From Eledone cirrhosa (lineage: Eukaryota), in NCBI GenBank assembly GCA_964016885.1, contig OZ024741.1, forward strand, positions 204,538,001-204,602,000: 64,000 bases of DNA. Direction: 5' to 3'. Made by a program: the position numbers and the translations under genes. How positions within the stretch are numbered: position 1 is the first letter of the stretch; the number at the start of each line of letters is the position of its first letter. Under the pieces are notes generated by a model that was not told the origin of the DNA, made no database searches, and saw nothing but the letters and a program-made list of their open reading frames with translations. Positions 62,400 to 64,000 of this stretch are shown piece after piece.

Positions 62400-63907
62400 T
62401 AGGGTGTTTCATATTTATAGGGAAAAATTCTTTTTGTTGGAATCACCTCATGTCAGTTGCGTCATGAATCTATTTCACATAAAATCTACACAGGCGAAAA
62501 TATAAGAAGGTACAGATATATTTAGGGGTTACAGTTTGGTGCCTTTGGAATGATATGCCAAAAAAAAATGAAAAAAATTTTCCTTCAACACTTGTTGATT
62601 GTAGCCAGGTTCCTCTATACCACCAACACTACCAACTACACCTCTGCCACTACCCCTAGCATTATACCACCACCATCAAAACTACCATTATAACACAACC
62701 ACTGCCAATACCATTATTACTCTACCATCACCTACACCACCACCACCATCAATTTCACTCCCACCACCATTACCACAAGTGTTCTTGTAGTTTCTGTACC
62801 ACCACAAACTTGGAGAGAGGACAATTTCAGTTGCCGTAAAAGACACTAGCAACAAGATTCAGGAAGTGTGGAGAAAAGCAAATATCCCTAACAAAACAGA
62901 AAAAAAACATCGCACTTCAATCAAGAAATTGTATAAGGAGTATCAAGAACAGAAAAAAGAAAAATATAGGATGACTGACAAAGCAATTGTTAAGAGTGAG
63001 ATTTGGAAAGATGATCTCGAGGAAATTTTGCAAGCCAGGACATTTGAATGAAAGGATGTCCCATCTGAAAACAAAGCTTTCCTTGAGACACAACAAGAGG
63101 ATCAGATGTCTTCATTCCTGACTGGTGTTGATACGGAACACGTGAGAGACATTTAGAAGAAAGAAAAGAAGATTCCCAATATGAAAGTAAGAAAGAGAAA
63201 GCAGGATGAAGAAATCAAGATGTCCAAGAAAGTAGCTCTTGAAAGTTCATCATCCAGCTGATCTATTAATGATGACGATGATGAAATCTTCAAGTCATCA
63301 CCACCTTTAAAGCCGACTCTCAATGCCACTCTTGTTGCCATGTGGGAACGGGAGAGACTATCGATACGACAAGCAAGTCCTTCTTACATTAAAATTGCGA
63401 AGAGTCGTGGTCATGACTAGCAGATTTACCCGGCGTTGCCCGGGGTTTGAAATGCAACAAAGAATAAACAAGAAACAAACGATAATATTAGTGATTTATC
63501 TTCAAATGAATCTGATGTTTATATTTCTTTCAATAAAGTTGGTTATCTCCCTTACATCAATTTTGCTACGATAATTTGGATATCGATTTTTTATTGCTCA
63601 ACGTGGGTCGATTTGAAAAATGTTTGTAATGTGACCATCTTAGCGATCTGTGCAATGTGCACAGAAAATTTGGTCAAATTCGGTTGGTAATTGTAAAAGC
63701 TTTAGGTATCCAACGTTGTACACAGACACACACATCCTTGCTTTTATATATATAGAAGATGTGTCTGAACTCTCCATTTCCCCCTCAACTGTTTACCGAG
63801 CAAGAACCAGTCAGCATGAGAAGTTGGCTTAGGAAAATGATTTATTCGCTTTCCCACATAAAGACAAATCCTGGCTAGTCCTTCACTGGGATGGAAAATT
63901 ATTACCA
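62400..63907 (+). mobile_element. hATm DNA transposon relic (left end plus transposase pseudogene)
   Basis: Begins TAGGGTG; VWRKANIP...IKKLYKEY...FLETQ...TGVD...SPSTVYRAR...LVLHWDGKLLP (catalytic D motif); stops; (ACC)n tract 62619-62777. Confidence 0.82.
63417..63759 (-). mobile_element. Non-autonomous Helitron
   Basis: Minus strand: A^TCTTCTATATATATAAAAG ... CCCGGGCAACGCCGGG hairpin ... CTAG^T; no TSD. Confidence 0.88.
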
Positions 63908-64000
63908 CTGTAAAGTGGTTGTATAGGCATCATGGCAAAAAGCACCCAGTACTCACTGTAAATGAGGTTGATGTTGTGTATATATATATATATATGGATG

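Overview
AT-rich animal genomic DNA. The SINE/LINE repertoire, (GAT)n tails and microsatellites suggest an octopus or other coleoid cephalopod (inference, not verified). The whole window lies inside one + strand gene, a VPS13A/C-type lipid-transfer protein. I traced 25 consecutive coding exons (498..61650, 2808 nt, about 936 codons) with GT-AG boundaries and consistent phases; the start and most of the C-terminus lie outside the window. Introns are packed with RTE LINEs carrying a PHD-like finger, Rex3/Expander-like LINEs, two CRE-clade fragments, three tRNA-derived SINE families, two TTAA (piggyBac-type) MITE families, hAT and Tc1-type MITEs, and an hATm transposase relic split by a Helitron. 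The most striking signal is at 60.7-61.5 kb: four copies of a Penelope-like repeat with a hammerhead-like motif. Its inner hairpin carries dense A-to-G changes on the same strand in both arms, while the outer 106-bp inverted pair is unchanged. This looks like an ADAR hyper-edited RNA written back into the genome. Repeat coordinates are approximate, all counts are manual, and family names come from recalled motifs, not searches.
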